From an archaeon GW2011_AR15 (GTDB lineage Archaea > Nanobdellota > Nanobdellia > Woesearchaeales > GW2011-AR15), in contig CP010425.1 in NCBI GenBank assembly GCA_000830295.1, positions 384,001-448,000 on the forward strand: a stretch of DNA of 64,000 nt, written 5' to 3'. Below the pieces are notes generated by a model. That model ran no database searches and was not told where the DNA came from. It saw only the letters and a program-made list of their open reading frames with translations. A program made the translations under genes and the position numbers. This document shows, one piece after another, positions 28,337 through 39,084 of this stretch (positions are counted from its first letter, which is position 1; the number at the start of each line of letters is the position of its first letter).

Positions 28337-29839
28337 ATGGAGTTAAAAACAAGGCACATTATACTTATAGTGCTGTTCACGCTGTATTTTTCAGCCAGGC
28401 TGTTCTTCTCCCTGCAGACCCCGGAGTTCAGCTCGGACTACTCTTATTTCGCCCTGAGGCAGATAGAGCATATACAGCAGACAGGCCTCCCTCTTTCGGA
28501 TGACCTGCTCAGCTATGGCGGAAGGAACTTTGTGGTCATGCCGTTTTATTTCTATATACTGGCAGCTCTTACCATGTTCCTCCCAGAGATAATAACAATA
28601 AAAATAGTCAACACGCTGCTGGCTTCCTCTCTCATTGCTGCCATGTACCTTGTCTGCAGGAAAGTATTGCAGAACAGGCGGGTTTCCATTATCTGCTCTG
28701 TTGTGGCTGCAACAATGCCGGTCTATATAAGCCAGACCCTGAATGACATAAGCCCGCTTTCCCTTATCCTGCCGGGAAGCCTGTTCCTGCTCTATCTTTT
28801 CCTGGTGCTGGAAAAGAAGCGTGCAATAGATTATGCAATACTTTTAAGCATCGTGCTGGCCCTGGTCTCTTCCTCAAGCTTCATACTTCTCCTTGGCTTT
28901 ATTGTCTACCTTATACTGAAATATCTTGACAAGCATGCAATCTCAAAAGCCAGATTTGAGTTTACTGCCTTTTTCCTTTTGTTCCTGCTGTGGATAAATA
29001 TAATCGTCTACAAGCAGGCTTTCCAGGAGCACAGCTTCTCCATTGTGCTGAGAAACCTCCCGCAGGTTCTCCTGGACAGCTATTTCGCAGACCTGAGCAT
29101 ACAAAAGGTTATCCTCGGAATAGGGGTTTTTCCCTTTTTTTTCGGGCTCTACACAGTCAGCATATACCTTTTCAGGAAAAAGAGCGAGAACATCCTTCTT
29201 TTCATCAGCCTGTTCATCTCAGCTTTCGGCCTGCTGTGGTTCAAGGTCGTTGAGATTGAGGTTGCCCTGGCTTTCCTGGGCATAGCTCTGGCAGTATTGT
29301 TCGGACAGGCGCTGAAGAGCCTGCGGGTCTATATGAAAAGGACAAAGTTCGCAAAAAGGGCTGAGATGATATTCAACATACTTCTGGTGGTTCTGATGAT
29401 AAGCCATATTTTTCCAGGCGTTTATCTGATATACCAGGAATCGGGAAAAAGCTTCAGCACAGAATATATTGAGGGATTCAGGTGGCTCGCAAATAACACC
29501 CCTGAAGACAGCGTTGTCCTGGCTCTCCCTGAAGAAGGCCACCTTGTGGCTTATTTCGGAAAAAGAAAGAATGTTATTGACAATGATTTCCTGCTTGTTG
29601 GAGATGCCAACGAGAGGTTCAACGACGTCCTGCTGTTCTATACCTGGAGGTTCAAGGTGCCTGCTGTCAGGGTCCTTGAGAAATACAGTGTGGATTATGT
29701 CATAGTTTCAGAAAAGATTAAGGATTACAGGATTACAGAAAACCTGCTGAAAAGCGAATCATGCTTCGTGCCTGTCTATGAGGGAAGCATAACAGTATAC
29801 AGGAACAGGTGGGACAAGGATGTGTGCAGTGTAATATGA
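28337..29839 (+). CDS. Polytopic membrane protein, GT-C/STT3-like
   Basis: SDYSYF, D.LSYGGR, many TMs, C-terminal WLANNTPEDSVVLA..EEGH, YSVDYV. Confidence 0.75.
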   Translation: MELKTRHIILIVLFTLYFSARLFFSLQTPEFSSDYSYFALRQIEHIQQTGLPLSDDLLSYGGRNFVVMPFYFYILAALTMFLPEIITIKIVNTLLASSLIAAMYLVCRKVLQNRRVSIICSVVAATMPVYISQTLNDISPLSLILPGSLFLLYLFLVLEKKRAIDYAILLSIVLALVSSSSFILLLGFIVYLILKYLDKHAISKARFEFTAFFLLFLLWINIIVYKQAFQEHSFSIVLRNLPQVLLDSYFADLSIQKVILGIGVFPFFFGLYTVSIYLFRKKSENILLFISLFISAFGLLWFKVVEIEVALAFLGIALAVLFGQALKSLRVYMKRTKFAKRAEMIFNILLVVLMISHIFPGVYLIYQESGKSFSTEYIEGFRWLANNTPEDSVVLALPEEGHLVAYFGKRKNVIDNDFLLVGDANERFNDVLLFYTWRFKVPAVRVLEKYSVDYVIVSEKIKDYRITENLLKSESCFVPVYEGSITVYRNRWDKDVCSVI

Positions 29840-31194
29840 TGCCGGAGGAAAAAAGGGAATTGCTTGTAATTATGGCTGTTGCCGCCCTGGTGCTCGGCGC
29901 CATGCTCTTTTTCAGGATAGGGAACACTGAAGTCCTGCCGTTCTACGGCCAGTACGAGCATCTCGCTGCGATAAGGAGCAGGGAAGTCTCACAGATAAAC
30001 CCTCACATGCCGGACCTCCTCCTCTCATATTCTGGCACTCCTGTCTTCCTTATGAGGGTCCTGCCCTTCATCATTGGGCTCTGCAATATCGCCCTGCTTT
30101 ATTTTATACTTGGAAAGATAATAAAAAAACCAAAACAGAGGCTCCTGACAATGGCTGCAGTAATGGCCTCCCCCGTATTCTTTTTCCTATACGGCTCGTA
30201 TAACTCGCTTTTCCTCCCTCTCTTTTTCATACTTTTGGGCACTTTACTTATACTAAAAAACAGCTACTTTTGGGCCCTGCTCTGCTTTCTCGCAGGACTT
30301 GCAGCAACGCCAAGGATGTTTTTCGCTATTGCCATATGCCTGATTGTGATATTTGAAAGGCTGAAGAGCAAAAAGGGATTGTACCCTTTCCTGGGGATTG
30401 TGGCTGTTGTCATATTCTTCATGGCTGTCAATGCCGTCTCCTTTGACATCAGCTTCTATAATATGCTGACTGAGCACATAGCCGACCTCGGGGCGGTGGT
30501 GGGCGTCGGCATATTCGGGATTGTGCTCTCCTTAGTAGGCATAATTATTTCCTGGAAGGATAAGCACAGCCATGCGTTTATCTATGTGGCTCTCCTGTCT
30601 TTTGCTGTCTTCACGCTCTACGACCCCCACTATATTGTCTTCGTTGACCTGATAATGTCATACTATATCGGTGTGGCTCTTTATATCATGGTCAGCAGGA
30701 GATGGTCTGCAAAGATTGTGGGGAACTACATCCTCGTGCTTGTGGCCTGCGGGCTGATATTTTCCCCGGGCGCCTACATAAAAAAAATTTCCGAAGCCGG
30801 GCCTTATGATACAGAGGTCAGCAGCCTGGAATGGCTTTCCGGCCGGAACAACACGGGAAAAGTGCTCTCACATTATGAATTCGGCTCTCTTATAGAGGCT
30901 GTGAGCGGGCTTGATGCTTATATAGATAGATCATATTTCACTTATTCAAAAGACAGAACAAGGATAAACAATGCAGATGCAATATTCCAGTCAAGGAATC
31001 CTACAGAAATAATGGGTTTTCTGGACAGAAATAGTATTGAGTATATCTGGATTAGCAGCGAGATGAAAAGCGGACTTGTCTGGGAGAAAGAAGATGAGGG
31101 TATGCTGCTGGTAATGCAGACAGACGGCAGCTTCAGGAAGATATATGACTTTATGGATATTGAAATATGGAAGTATGAAACTCCTGTTAATTAG
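29836..31194 (+). CDS. Polytopic membrane protein, GT-C-like (related to upstream gene)
   Basis: TM-rich; C-terminal LEWL..KVLSHYEFGSLI, SIEYIWI. Confidence 0.7.
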   Translation: MMPEEKRELLVIMAVAALVLGAMLFFRIGNTEVLPFYGQYEHLAAIRSREVSQINPHMPDLLLSYSGTPVFLMRVLPFIIGLCNIALLYFILGKIIKKPKQRLLTMAAVMASPVFFFLYGSYNSLFLPLFFILLGTLLILKNSYFWALLCFLAGLAATPRMFFAIAICLIVIFERLKSKKGLYPFLGIVAVVIFFMAVNAVSFDISFYNMLTEHIADLGAVVGVGIFGIVLSLVGIIISWKDKHSHAFIYVALLSFAVFTLYDPHYIVFVDLIMSYYIGVALYIMVSRRWSAKIVGNYILVLVACGLIFSPGAYIKKISEAGPYDTEVSSLEWLSGRNNTGKVLSHYEFGSLIEAVSGLDAYIDRSYFTYSKDRTRINNADAIFQSRNPTEIMGFLDRNSIEYIWISSEMKSGLVWEKEDEGMLLVMQTDGSFRKIYDFMDIEIWKYETPVN

Positions 31195-31891
31195 CGTTGG
31201 CCTCTGCCTCGCATATCTCTGATTTTTCCTCGTAGCCGCCGCATATCTCAAACATGAGCTCATCCCTTGATGTAAATCCCTGGTAAACCCTGTCTCCCAC
31301 CACGACTGCAGGATATGATGTTATGTTAAAGCTTTTTTTAAGCACTGGGATAAGGGGCTCTTTTTCATAGTTTGAGTCCAGTGCAAATACCATCAGCTTA
31401 GTCTGGAACAAATCTTTGAGATATGTAAGTATGAACGCCTGGTCAGCGCAGTCTGGGCATGCCTCATCTGTTGAATAGAAATAAAGGACAGTGACAACAT
31501 CAAGGCTGCACATCTTCTCAATCCTCTGGAAAAGCAGCCAGTATCTCAGCTGGGCCTGCAGGTATTCCCTTCTCAGTATCTCAAATTCCTCCTGGTTTAT
31601 CTTAGACTCCTCATCATATGACTCCAGCCTAAGCCTGGTCTTCTCAAGATGATCAAGGGAAAGATCGTATATATTCGGGATTGTGCTGCACTCGTTTGTC
31701 TGGGAAAGCTGGTCTATGTAGAGATACAGCAGCTGTGCGGAGTTGTAGTCAAGCTTCTGGAACTGGTCCTCTTTTGTTATATATTCCAGCCTGTAATTTT
31801 CAACTATAAGGCCGAGAAAAAGCCCGAGAAGGAATATGCCGCCTGTAAGTATTGCAGCAAAAAGATATCTTCCTGAACTAAGATTCCTCAT
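31187..31891 (-). CDS. Membrane-anchored protein with thioredoxin-like domain
   Basis: N-terminal TM; VLYFYS..CPDC..QAFIL, ITSYPAVVV. Confidence 0.75.
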   Translation of the reverse strand: MRNLSSGRYLFAAILTGGIFLLGLFLGLIVENYRLEYITKEDQFQKLDYNSAQLLYLYIDQLSQTNECSTIPNIYDLSLDHLEKTRLRLESYDEESKINQEEFEILRREYLQAQLRYWLLFQRIEKMCSLDVVTVLYFYSTDEACPDCADQAFILTYLKDLFQTKLMVFALDSNYEKEPLIPVLKKSFNITSYPAVVVGDRVYQGFTSRDELMFEICGGYEEKSEICEAEANAN

Positions 31892-31932
31892 ACCCTCAGT
31901 GTTTTTCTCATGGTTTATAAAGCTTTACGAAA

Positions 31933-33195
31933 TTACCACTCCTGCACTCTGGAAAAAATAATCTCAATGACTATGGCGCTCCATACAAAGGCCAGAAAAA
32001 ACGGGTACATCAGGAGAAATACGAGTGTCGTCAGCTTTCCATACCTGAAGACTTTCTCATTTACCATCCTGTGCGAAAGTATAAATGTTATCGCTCCCAA
32101 AAACAACATGAGGGCTGCAATGAGGAGCTTTGTGTAATCCCCGTCAAGTATATTAAATCCAAGGTTCAGGTTTGAAACTACTGTTGGCAGGTCGAAATTT
32201 ATGGCATATATCCTGAAAATAGCATCATATGCTTTTTCAAGGAAATAATAAGTGTATATTGAAAACATGATGACTGCCAGGAACCCCGGCACTATTATGG
32301 TCGGCATCTGTATAAACCCGAAGTCCCCGTATTCCCTGTTGAACCACATCTTCCTGTAATCCTTGCTTACTGAGTTGAATATTGAACCCTTATACCACCT
32401 GTTTCTCTGCTTGTAAAGGTCCTTCAGGCCTTCGGGGGCAATTGTCCGGACTTCTGCATCTGTTGTCTGGATTACCCTGTAATGGTGCTTATGGAGCTTC
32501 AGAGTTATCTCAAGGTCCTCTGTCAGGTTGGGATGGGAGAACCCGCCAAGCCTCCTCAATATTTCTGTCCTGTAGACTGAAAACGGGCCCGGAGCGACAT
32601 GCACACAGTCAAGGTTGCCCATTATCCTTTTGAAGAATATGCTGAGGATATACTCATGCCTCTGGAGCTTCTGCAGGAAATTTTTCGGGGCGGCAACTTT
32701 CATCATCGGAAGCACGCAGGCTATGCTGCTGTCCTCCCTGAAATAAGGAAGGAGCTTTTTCAGTGCCTTGGGCTCCGCATATGAATCTGCATCAAGAAGG
32801 ACAAAAAAGTCCCCTTTTACTATCTTTAGTGCCCTATTCAGGGCAATGCCCTTGCCCTTCTCCCTGGTGCTTATTATTTTTATGTTTGTTTCCTTATACT
32901 CTTTTTTTATTCTTCTGGCTATCTTAACTGTGTCATCGGTGCTGGCATTGACAGCAACTATAATCTCATATTTGTTTCTCGGATAGTCTATGGCTATGGC
33001 ATGCTCCATTGTCGATGCTATTACCTTTTCCTCATTGTGGGCAGGTATGACAAGGCTTACTTTCGGCTCATCTTTCGGCCTTTTTTTCGGAACCCATTTG
33101 TCCCCGTCAAGAAAATAGACAATCAGCCAGAATATATTGAGATACATCAGGAGTATGTAGATTATCCATAATATTGTGTCTGTAACAGTATTCAT
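31933..33195 (-). CDS. Processive-type GT2 glycosyltransferase (cellulose/PNAG synthase-like)
   Basis: PAHNEE, GKG.ALN, DAD, TED, QRNRW; TMs at both ends. Confidence 0.9.
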   Translation of the reverse strand: MNTVTDTILWIIYILLMYLNIFWLIVYFLDGDKWVPKKRPKDEPKVSLVIPAHNEEKVIASTMEHAIAIDYPRNKYEIIVAVNASTDDTVKIARRIKKEYKETNIKIISTREKGKGIALNRALKIVKGDFFVLLDADSYAEPKALKKLLPYFREDSSIACVLPMMKVAAPKNFLQKLQRHEYILSIFFKRIMGNLDCVHVAPGPFSVYRTEILRRLGGFSHPNLTEDLEITLKLHKHHYRVIQTTDAEVRTIAPEGLKDLYKQRNRWYKGSIFNSVSKDYRKMWFNREYGDFGFIQMPTIIVPGFLAVIMFSIYTYYFLEKAYDAIFRIYAINFDLPTVVSNLNLGFNILDGDYTKLLIAALMLFLGAITFILSHRMVNEKVFRYGKLTTLVFLLMYPFFLAFVWSAIVIEIIFSRVQEW

Positions 33196-33247
33196 GGGGC
33201 TAGTAAATAGGAAAACATATTTAAACCTAATTGCAGAGAATATAAAT

Positions 33248-34615
33248 ATGGATAGCAGGCTCCTGAAATACGGTCTTCCTGTATTGATTGCCCTTTTTAT
33301 TGCGCTGAAGATTCTGGATATTGGCGGAGTTTCATGGGACGATTCTGTATATATGGGTATGGGAAAATACCTGTTCTCTGGCGGAAACACCGGTCTGTGG
33401 GAAACAATAAGGCCCATCGGCCTCCCCAGCCTGCTTGGTTTTTTCTGGGCCCTTGGGGCTGACATGATAGTGGTCTCAAAAATCATATCCTTGCTGTTCA
33501 GCGCCGGCACCATAATAGCCGCTTATCTCCTGGCAAAAAAGATTTTCAATGAAACAGCTGCATTGCTGGCTGCGCTATTGCTCATGATGTCCCCTGTCTT
33601 TTTCAGCAGCTCGTCTGCAGGTCTTACAGAAATCCCTTCTGTGTTCTTTGCCCTGCTTGGAATATATTTTTTCGCTGAAGAGAAAAATTTTGCCGCAGGC
33701 GTGCTGGCAGGGATCTCCTTTATGTTCAGGTTTCCCATGGGGCTGCTGCTTGCTGCCCTGCTTGCATCTTCATATATCAAAAAAAAGAAAATCGACCGGG
33801 CACTCCTGTCCGGATTCTTCCTGGCTGTGCTGCCTTTCCTGATATTCAATTACATGGCATACGGCAACCCCATCACGCCGTTTGCAGATGCCGTCCTCCA
33901 CCAGGACAATCCTGCCTACAGCGTAATCTCAGACTCCCTCGTGTCACACATATACAACCTGTTTTATTATGCCATATGGCTGATACGGCAGAATCTTCTT
34001 CTGCTTTTCCTCATTCCCGGAATTTATCTGGTGGCAAAAAACAGGAAAGCGGATACTGTTATCATATGCTTTGCGCTGTTCATTGTATATTTTACTTTTA
34101 TAATAAACAAGCAGCCAAGGTTCATGCTCTCCTTCCTCCCTTTCGCATGCATCATTGCGGCATTCGGGATGGTTAAACTCTATCCTGCAATGAAAAAAAG
34201 AGTGAGGCATGCCGGAATAAGTCTGGTTTTGATATCGCTGATTCCTGCCCTGCTCATGCCCGGAGAATTCGGGCCAAACGGCCAGGAGGGCACATCTCTT
34301 GAATTTTACACTTATTTCAGAAAACATGGGACAAATCTCAGCATCCTAGCGACAACACCAATCCCGATAGCATATTCAGATGTGAAACTGGTGCATTTCT
34401 ACAACAATGTCGATGAAGCAACAGAAATCTATGAAAAGGAAAAAAATAATGTGGGCTATATCATGTACACCTCTGAATTCTATCCCTGCCCTGATGACAT
34501 ATGCAGAGGAAAAAAGCAAGAGCTGTTTGAGTCAATAAGCAGCCAGAATGAGCTTATCTATTATAAGGAAGGGAAACAGGGATATTATATTTTCAGGACT
34601 TATACCCCCGGATGA
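33248..34615 (+). CDS. GT-C glycosyltransferase (ArnT/GT39-like)
   Basis: WDDSVY..MG, ETIRP, LTEIP, RF.G, KQPRF. Confidence 0.85.
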   Translation: MDSRLLKYGLPVLIALFIALKILDIGGVSWDDSVYMGMGKYLFSGGNTGLWETIRPIGLPSLLGFFWALGADMIVVSKIISLLFSAGTIIAAYLLAKKIFNETAALLAALLLMMSPVFFSSSSAGLTEIPSVFFALLGIYFFAEEKNFAAGVLAGISFMFRFPMGLLLAALLASSYIKKKKIDRALLSGFFLAVLPFLIFNYMAYGNPITPFADAVLHQDNPAYSVISDSLVSHIYNLFYYAIWLIRQNLLLLFLIPGIYLVAKNRKADTVIICFALFIVYFTFIINKQPRFMLSFLPFACIIAAFGMVKLYPAMKKRVRHAGISLVLISLIPALLMPGEFGPNGQEGTSLEFYTYFRKHGTNLSILATTPIPIAYSDVKLVHFYNNVDEATEIYEKEKNNVGYIMYTSEFYPCPDDICRGKKQELFESISSQNELIYYKEGKQGYYIFRTYTPG

Positions 34616-35537
34616 ATTTCTTCAGGCCTTCCTCAATCGTAGTCTGAGGGACATACCCAAGAATTTTCCCTGCTTTGCTTATATCTGCGTGCGTCGCCAC
34701 CACGTCTCCCTTGGGCATCTGCTTTTTTGCTATTTTTGCTTTTTTTGAAAGTTGTTTTTCAATCAGGCTGATGAATTTCTTCAGTTCAACCGGGTTTCCG
34801 TTGCCAAGGTTGATTATTTCAAATTTTCTGCTTTTTTCAACTGAAAGAAGAATGCCCCGGACAACATCATCAACATAAGTGTAGTCTCTCTTTGAATTTC
34901 CATCTCCATACATATTCACAGGGTGGCCTTTGTCTATTGCCTCGGTAAATCTGTAGGGTGCCATGTCCGGCCTTCCTCTTGGCCCGTAGACTGTGAAGAA
35001 CCTGAGGCAGGTTATATTCAGGCCGTATGTTTCGCTGTAAAATTTGCACAGCATCTCCCCTGTTTTTTTGGTGATTGCATACGGGCTCTCCTGGCTCTCT
35101 GTGATGTCTGCCTCTGAAAAAGGCATTTTTTTGTTTGCGCCGTAGACGCTGGATGAGGAGCTGAATATGAATGTCTTTACGCCGTGCTTTCTTGCAAGCT
35201 CAAGAAGGTTTATTGTCCCGAGGATGTTAACTTCTGCGTAAAGCAGCGGATTGTCAAGAGACGGCCTCGCGGCTGCCCTGGCAGCAAGGTGGACTATTGC
35301 ACTTATGTCTTTGTTTTCCCCGAAAACTTTTTCCAGTGATTTTCCGTCTGTTATGTCTGTTTCAGCCAGGATGAAATTTTTACTGGCTAAATTGCGCTCT
35401 ATGTTCTTCCTTTTTTTTTCTGGCGGGTAATAATCATTGAAGTTGTCAAGGCATATGACTCTCTCGTTCTTCTTCAGAAGGGCATCACATGTGTGGCTGC
35501 CTATAAATCCTGCTCCGCCGGTAACAAGTATTGCCAT
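34593..35537 (-). CDS. NAD-dependent epimerase, UDP-glucuronate 4-epimerase-like
   Basis: GGAGFIG, SSSSVYG, SPYAITK, LRFFTVYGPRGRPDMA. Confidence 0.93.
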   Translation of the reverse strand: MAILVTGGAGFIGSHTCDALLKKNERVICLDNFNDYYPPEKKRKNIERNLASKNFILAETDITDGKSLEKVFGENKDISAIVHLAARAAARPSLDNPLLYAEVNILGTINLLELARKHGVKTFIFSSSSSVYGANKKMPFSEADITESQESPYAITKKTGEMLCKFYSETYGLNITCLRFFTVYGPRGRPDMAPYRFTEAIDKGHPVNMYGDGNSKRDYTYVDDVVRGILLSVEKSRKFEIINLGNGNPVELKKFISLIEKQLSKKAKIAKKQMPKGDVVATHADISKAGKILGYVPQTTIEEGLKKFIRGYKS

Positions 35538-35538
35538 T

Positions 35539-35880
35539 TTACCTTACAACAAGGAAGCATCCTGCTATTATAAGCATTATGCCGAGCCACTTCATGCCGG
35601 TCATCTTTTCTTTCAGATACTTTACAGAAAGCAAGGATACAAAAATGTAAGTTATGGTACTTAAAGGATAAATAACAGATAGATCGCTGAACCTGAGTGC
35701 AAATATGTAAAGAAGCATGGAAAGCCCGAACAGGAACATGCCGAATGCTGCCGGCATGCTTTTCTTTATTTTCCTGGGGTCGAGGGAAAAGTCGAGAGAG
35801 CCTTTTTTCATGAATATTGAGCCGTATGCTGCAAGTATCTCTGCAGGTATCAGGGCAAGAATTGAGTATATGCTTATCAT
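35539..35880 (-). CDS. Single-EamA/SMR protein (ArnE/F-like)
   Basis: 4 TM, LSVIYP, LKE. Confidence 0.85.
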   Translation of the reverse strand: MISIYSILALIPAEILAAYGSIFMKKGSLDFSLDPRKIKKSMPAAFGMFLFGLSMLLYIFALRFSDLSVIYPLSTITYIFVSLLSVKYLKEKMTGMKWLGIMLIIAGCFLVVR

Positions 35881-36239
35881 TTTCTGCTCTCCTTTGCCGC
35901 CCTATGCTTCCTTGTTATGAAAATAACTCCTGTAAGTATCAGCGCATTCCCCGCAATCCTGGCAGGAGTGATGCTTTCATTGAGCAGGAAATAGCTTATC
36001 AAGGTAACCCAGACCAGCGAGAGTGATATCATCGGGTATATCATGTTGAGCTCGCCGTGCCTCAGTGCAAATATCAGCACGACTGCTCCTCCGGCATAAA
36101 GCACAATCCCTATCAGAAGGCTGATGTTGATTATGCCTGCTATCGGTATCTGGCCTGTGCCGTCCTTCAGGAAAAACTGGCCGGCTGCTGTGAAGAAAGT
36201 GGTCAGGAGTGCCAGCAGAATGCCTTTGTGATGTTTCAT
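35877..36239 (-). CDS. Single-EamA/SMR protein (ArnE/F-like)
   Basis: GQFFLK, GELNMIYP, LNE. Confidence 0.85.
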   Translation of the reverse strand: MKHHKGILLALLTTFFTAAGQFFLKDGTGQIPIAGIINISLLIGIVLYAGGAVVLIFALRHGELNMIYPMISLSLVWVTLISYFLLNESITPARIAGNALILTGVIFITRKHRAAKESRK

Positions 36240-36240
36240 T

Positions 36241-39027
36241 TTACCAGCTGATCTTCCATGTTATAATCCTCTGGCCTGATATGTCAGTAACATCATGGAA
36301 TTTCCTGAAATGCGTGAGTCCCTGGCCGTCGAGGTAGAACATCCTTGTGAACATGCTGCCTACAAGCTCGTCTTCCATTACCAGCAGGGAGCTTTCTCCC
36401 ACAAGCACGATGCTGTAAGCCATAGTCTCTCCGCTGTATTCTTTTATCCTGAACTGCCCGTTTTCAACATAGCCGAATCTCTTCGGGTGTATTGTCTGGG
36501 TGCTTGTCACTATTGATGCGTCTTTTGATGCGAGGTTTACAGTGAGAGGAAGCACTCCCCCGTCTGTCGTCTGGAGGTTGCATCTCAGTGTGCTCTCATC
36601 CTGCTTTGCACACCCTATCTGGCCGCCGTAGCTTGGCCACGGAGCTATCCAGCTGTTTATCTGGCTGTCAGTGCTGAGCGAGCTTATCTCGTAATAAATT
36701 GACTGTGCTTCCTGCTCTGTATAGCCGAATTCCTGGACCAGTGCTGCTGTGAAATTGGGAAGTTTTTCTGTCTGAAAATAACTGTATATTTTTGCCCTTT
36801 CAAAATTCCAGCTGCCGAAATGCGCCCATACCGGTGCCTTGCCTACCATGTCCTCGCTTGTTATGAAATAATCCTCAGGAGGCTGGCAGAACATGTATGA
36901 CAGTATCTCATCTGCCTTTTCTTCAGAAGCTGTTTTCATCAGGTCTGCCTTTACAGCTGCACTGTCCATCTTCAGGTATCTGTAAATCAGATTCACGGAA
37001 TCATATGTGTCACCGGTGAGCTTTGTTATTTCCTGTTCTGCTTTTGCTCCGCCGCAGTCAAGCATCCTCAGGATTCCAACTGAAAGCTGCTCGTCATCTG
37101 TCAGCAGGGCATTGCCCACCCAGTGCGCCTGCTGCTCGTTCTGCGATGCACCGTCGCTTGTGACCCGCCTGTCTGCAAAATACTTGAACCAGTGGCCGAA
37201 ATCCCACCACGAATTTATAATCGCATCAGGCTGGGACTCTGCTTTTATTTTTTCAAGGGATTCAACCCATGCGTCATTGACTCCGGGGGCGTATGAATAT
37301 GATACGGCTATGCCGTTTTTTACGGGCTGTATCAATACCAATGCTATCAGAAGAATGAAGACTGCCTTCGGGATTGTCTCCGACATATCAAGGGATTTGC
37401 CCAGCATTGATGACATCTTCTCTGCTGCTGTGCCGAAAAAGACGCCGAATGATACTGCAAATACAGGCGCTATCAGCACGATAAACCTGACTCCCTTTGT
37501 TATTGCATATAACGTTGCCATCAGCCAGATAATTGTCAATATGGAATGTGCAGGCTCAAGCTCGTACTTGTAATACCATGAGAGTATAAAGCCTGCAAGC
37601 ATGGGAACCACAAGCAGCGCCGCAAACATTATGGTGCTGATGCCTCCTGAGCTTGCGCTTCCTACGATAATCATGAAATAAAGGGCCGCTCCTGCAAGAT
37701 ATGCCGCTGTCAGCATTGAATGGTTTTTATTTTTGAGGTTGACAAAGGACAGTGTTGCGCCCATCAGCGCAAGTATGAAAAACAATGCTCCTCCGAGGCT
37801 GACGATTGCCTGCCCGACATCTGCGGAATTAAGCTCTGCAACTGTTGTATATACGTTCGGCCAGAGGCTCCCTCCTTTTGCAGCATCCTTGAGATTGACT
37901 ATCCTCAGCGGGTTTGTGAACGATTGGATGAATTCCCCTGCATTGCCAAAGACAGCAAGAGAGATAAATGTCACAACTATATAAACCCCGAGAAGCATGA
38001 GCATCCTGCGGATGTTTTTGTTTGAGGCTATCTCCTTGATGTCTCTCTTCTTATCTATAAACTCGTATACTGCGATATATCCGATATATATTCCAAGTGC
38101 AAGTATTATGAAAAGGAACATGAACCACCAGCCTGACCATGCAAAGCTGTAGGCCCCGAGGAGCAATCCTGCAACAGCTGAAAATATCATTGTTTTTTTC
38201 TGGTCTTTCGAGTCAAAAGCATATACTGCAAAGAGCATTACCAGCAGCGGAAAAACCGCATTCACCATGTCATTGTCAGAGCCGAGAGACCTGCTCAGCA
38301 CTGTCGGATTGACTGCTATCAGCAGCGCTGCGATGAGGCCTGCAATGTCCCCCGAAAGCTTTTTTCCGACCAGGAATGCTGCAATTATGGCTATAAATGA
38401 GAGGAAAATAGGAGTATAGAATCCTGCCTTGAGCAGGTTCATGCCTGGGTCAAATATTCTCATGAACTTATATATGAATGCTTCAAGGTAAGGGTAAAGG
38501 TTCTGGGTTGCGGGAAGGCCGTTGGGCGCATTCATGTGGTTGTCATATGCAACTCCGTCCCTGTACTCATCTGCCAGCTGGCCTGTGTCAACTATGTTCC
38601 TTGCATACCTGAGCCAGAAATAAGAATCAATATCCCCCAGATATGTTGTGCCTGAATCATCCCTGTATAATGCCCTTATCTGCTCTGCATGGCCGGCTAT
38701 CAGCGCCTCTATCTGCGACTGCTGCTGGGAAACCACTGTCTGCAGCTGCTCATTTATCATGGCTTCCTTGCTCTGCTGCGGCAGATTCGGATATTGCGTG
38801 TCAACCTGTGCCTGGATGTTCCTTGCTATGTTATTATATATGCTCTGCCTGGCCTGGTCTTCTGCCATCGGCAAATGATAGGGCATCATCCTTATGTAGG
38901 CTGAAAAAAGCATTATTAAAAGCAGAAGGGCATACACCCCGTATTTTTTTGCTGAGCTGCCTGAAAATATCTTCTTAAGTGACGAGAAGTCAATAGCCAT
39001 GTCTGAATCTTCTTTATCTTTAGCCAA
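36241..39027 (-). CDS. aglB: Oligosaccharyltransferase (STT3)
   Basis: DIDSYF, DND, TVAEL, RF, SWWDFGH. Confidence 0.95.
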   Translation of the reverse strand: MAKDKEDSDMAIDFSSLKKIFSGSSAKKYGVYALLLLIMLFSAYIRMMPYHLPMAEDQARQSIYNNIARNIQAQVDTQYPNLPQQSKEAMINEQLQTVVSQQQSQIEALIAGHAEQIRALYRDDSGTTYLGDIDSYFWLRYARNIVDTGQLADEYRDGVAYDNHMNAPNGLPATQNLYPYLEAFIYKFMRIFDPGMNLLKAGFYTPIFLSFIAIIAAFLVGKKLSGDIAGLIAALLIAVNPTVLSRSLGSDNDMVNAVFPLLVMLFAVYAFDSKDQKKTMIFSAVAGLLLGAYSFAWSGWWFMFLFIILALGIYIGYIAVYEFIDKKRDIKEIASNKNIRRMLMLLGVYIVVTFISLAVFGNAGEFIQSFTNPLRIVNLKDAAKGGSLWPNVYTTVAELNSADVGQAIVSLGGALFFILALMGATLSFVNLKNKNHSMLTAAYLAGAALYFMIIVGSASSGGISTIMFAALLVVPMLAGFILSWYYKYELEPAHSILTIIWLMATLYAITKGVRFIVLIAPVFAVSFGVFFGTAAEKMSSMLGKSLDMSETIPKAVFILLIALVLIQPVKNGIAVSYSYAPGVNDAWVESLEKIKAESQPDAIINSWWDFGHWFKYFADRRVTSDGASQNEQQAHWVGNALLTDDEQLSVGILRMLDCGGAKAEQEITKLTGDTYDSVNLIYRYLKMDSAAVKADLMKTASEEKADEILSYMFCQPPEDYFITSEDMVGKAPVWAHFGSWNFERAKIYSYFQTEKLPNFTAALVQEFGYTEQEAQSIYYEISSLSTDSQINSWIAPWPSYGGQIGCAKQDESTLRCNLQTTDGGVLPLTVNLASKDASIVTSTQTIHPKRFGYVENGQFRIKEYSGETMAYSIVLVGESSLLVMEDELVGSMFTRMFYLDGQGLTHFRKFHDVTDISGQRIITWKISW

Positions 39028-39084
39028 ACTTTTCCCCCAGAAACCGTAAGAAGTGCATCCTATATAAAGATTATGGATTATTGC

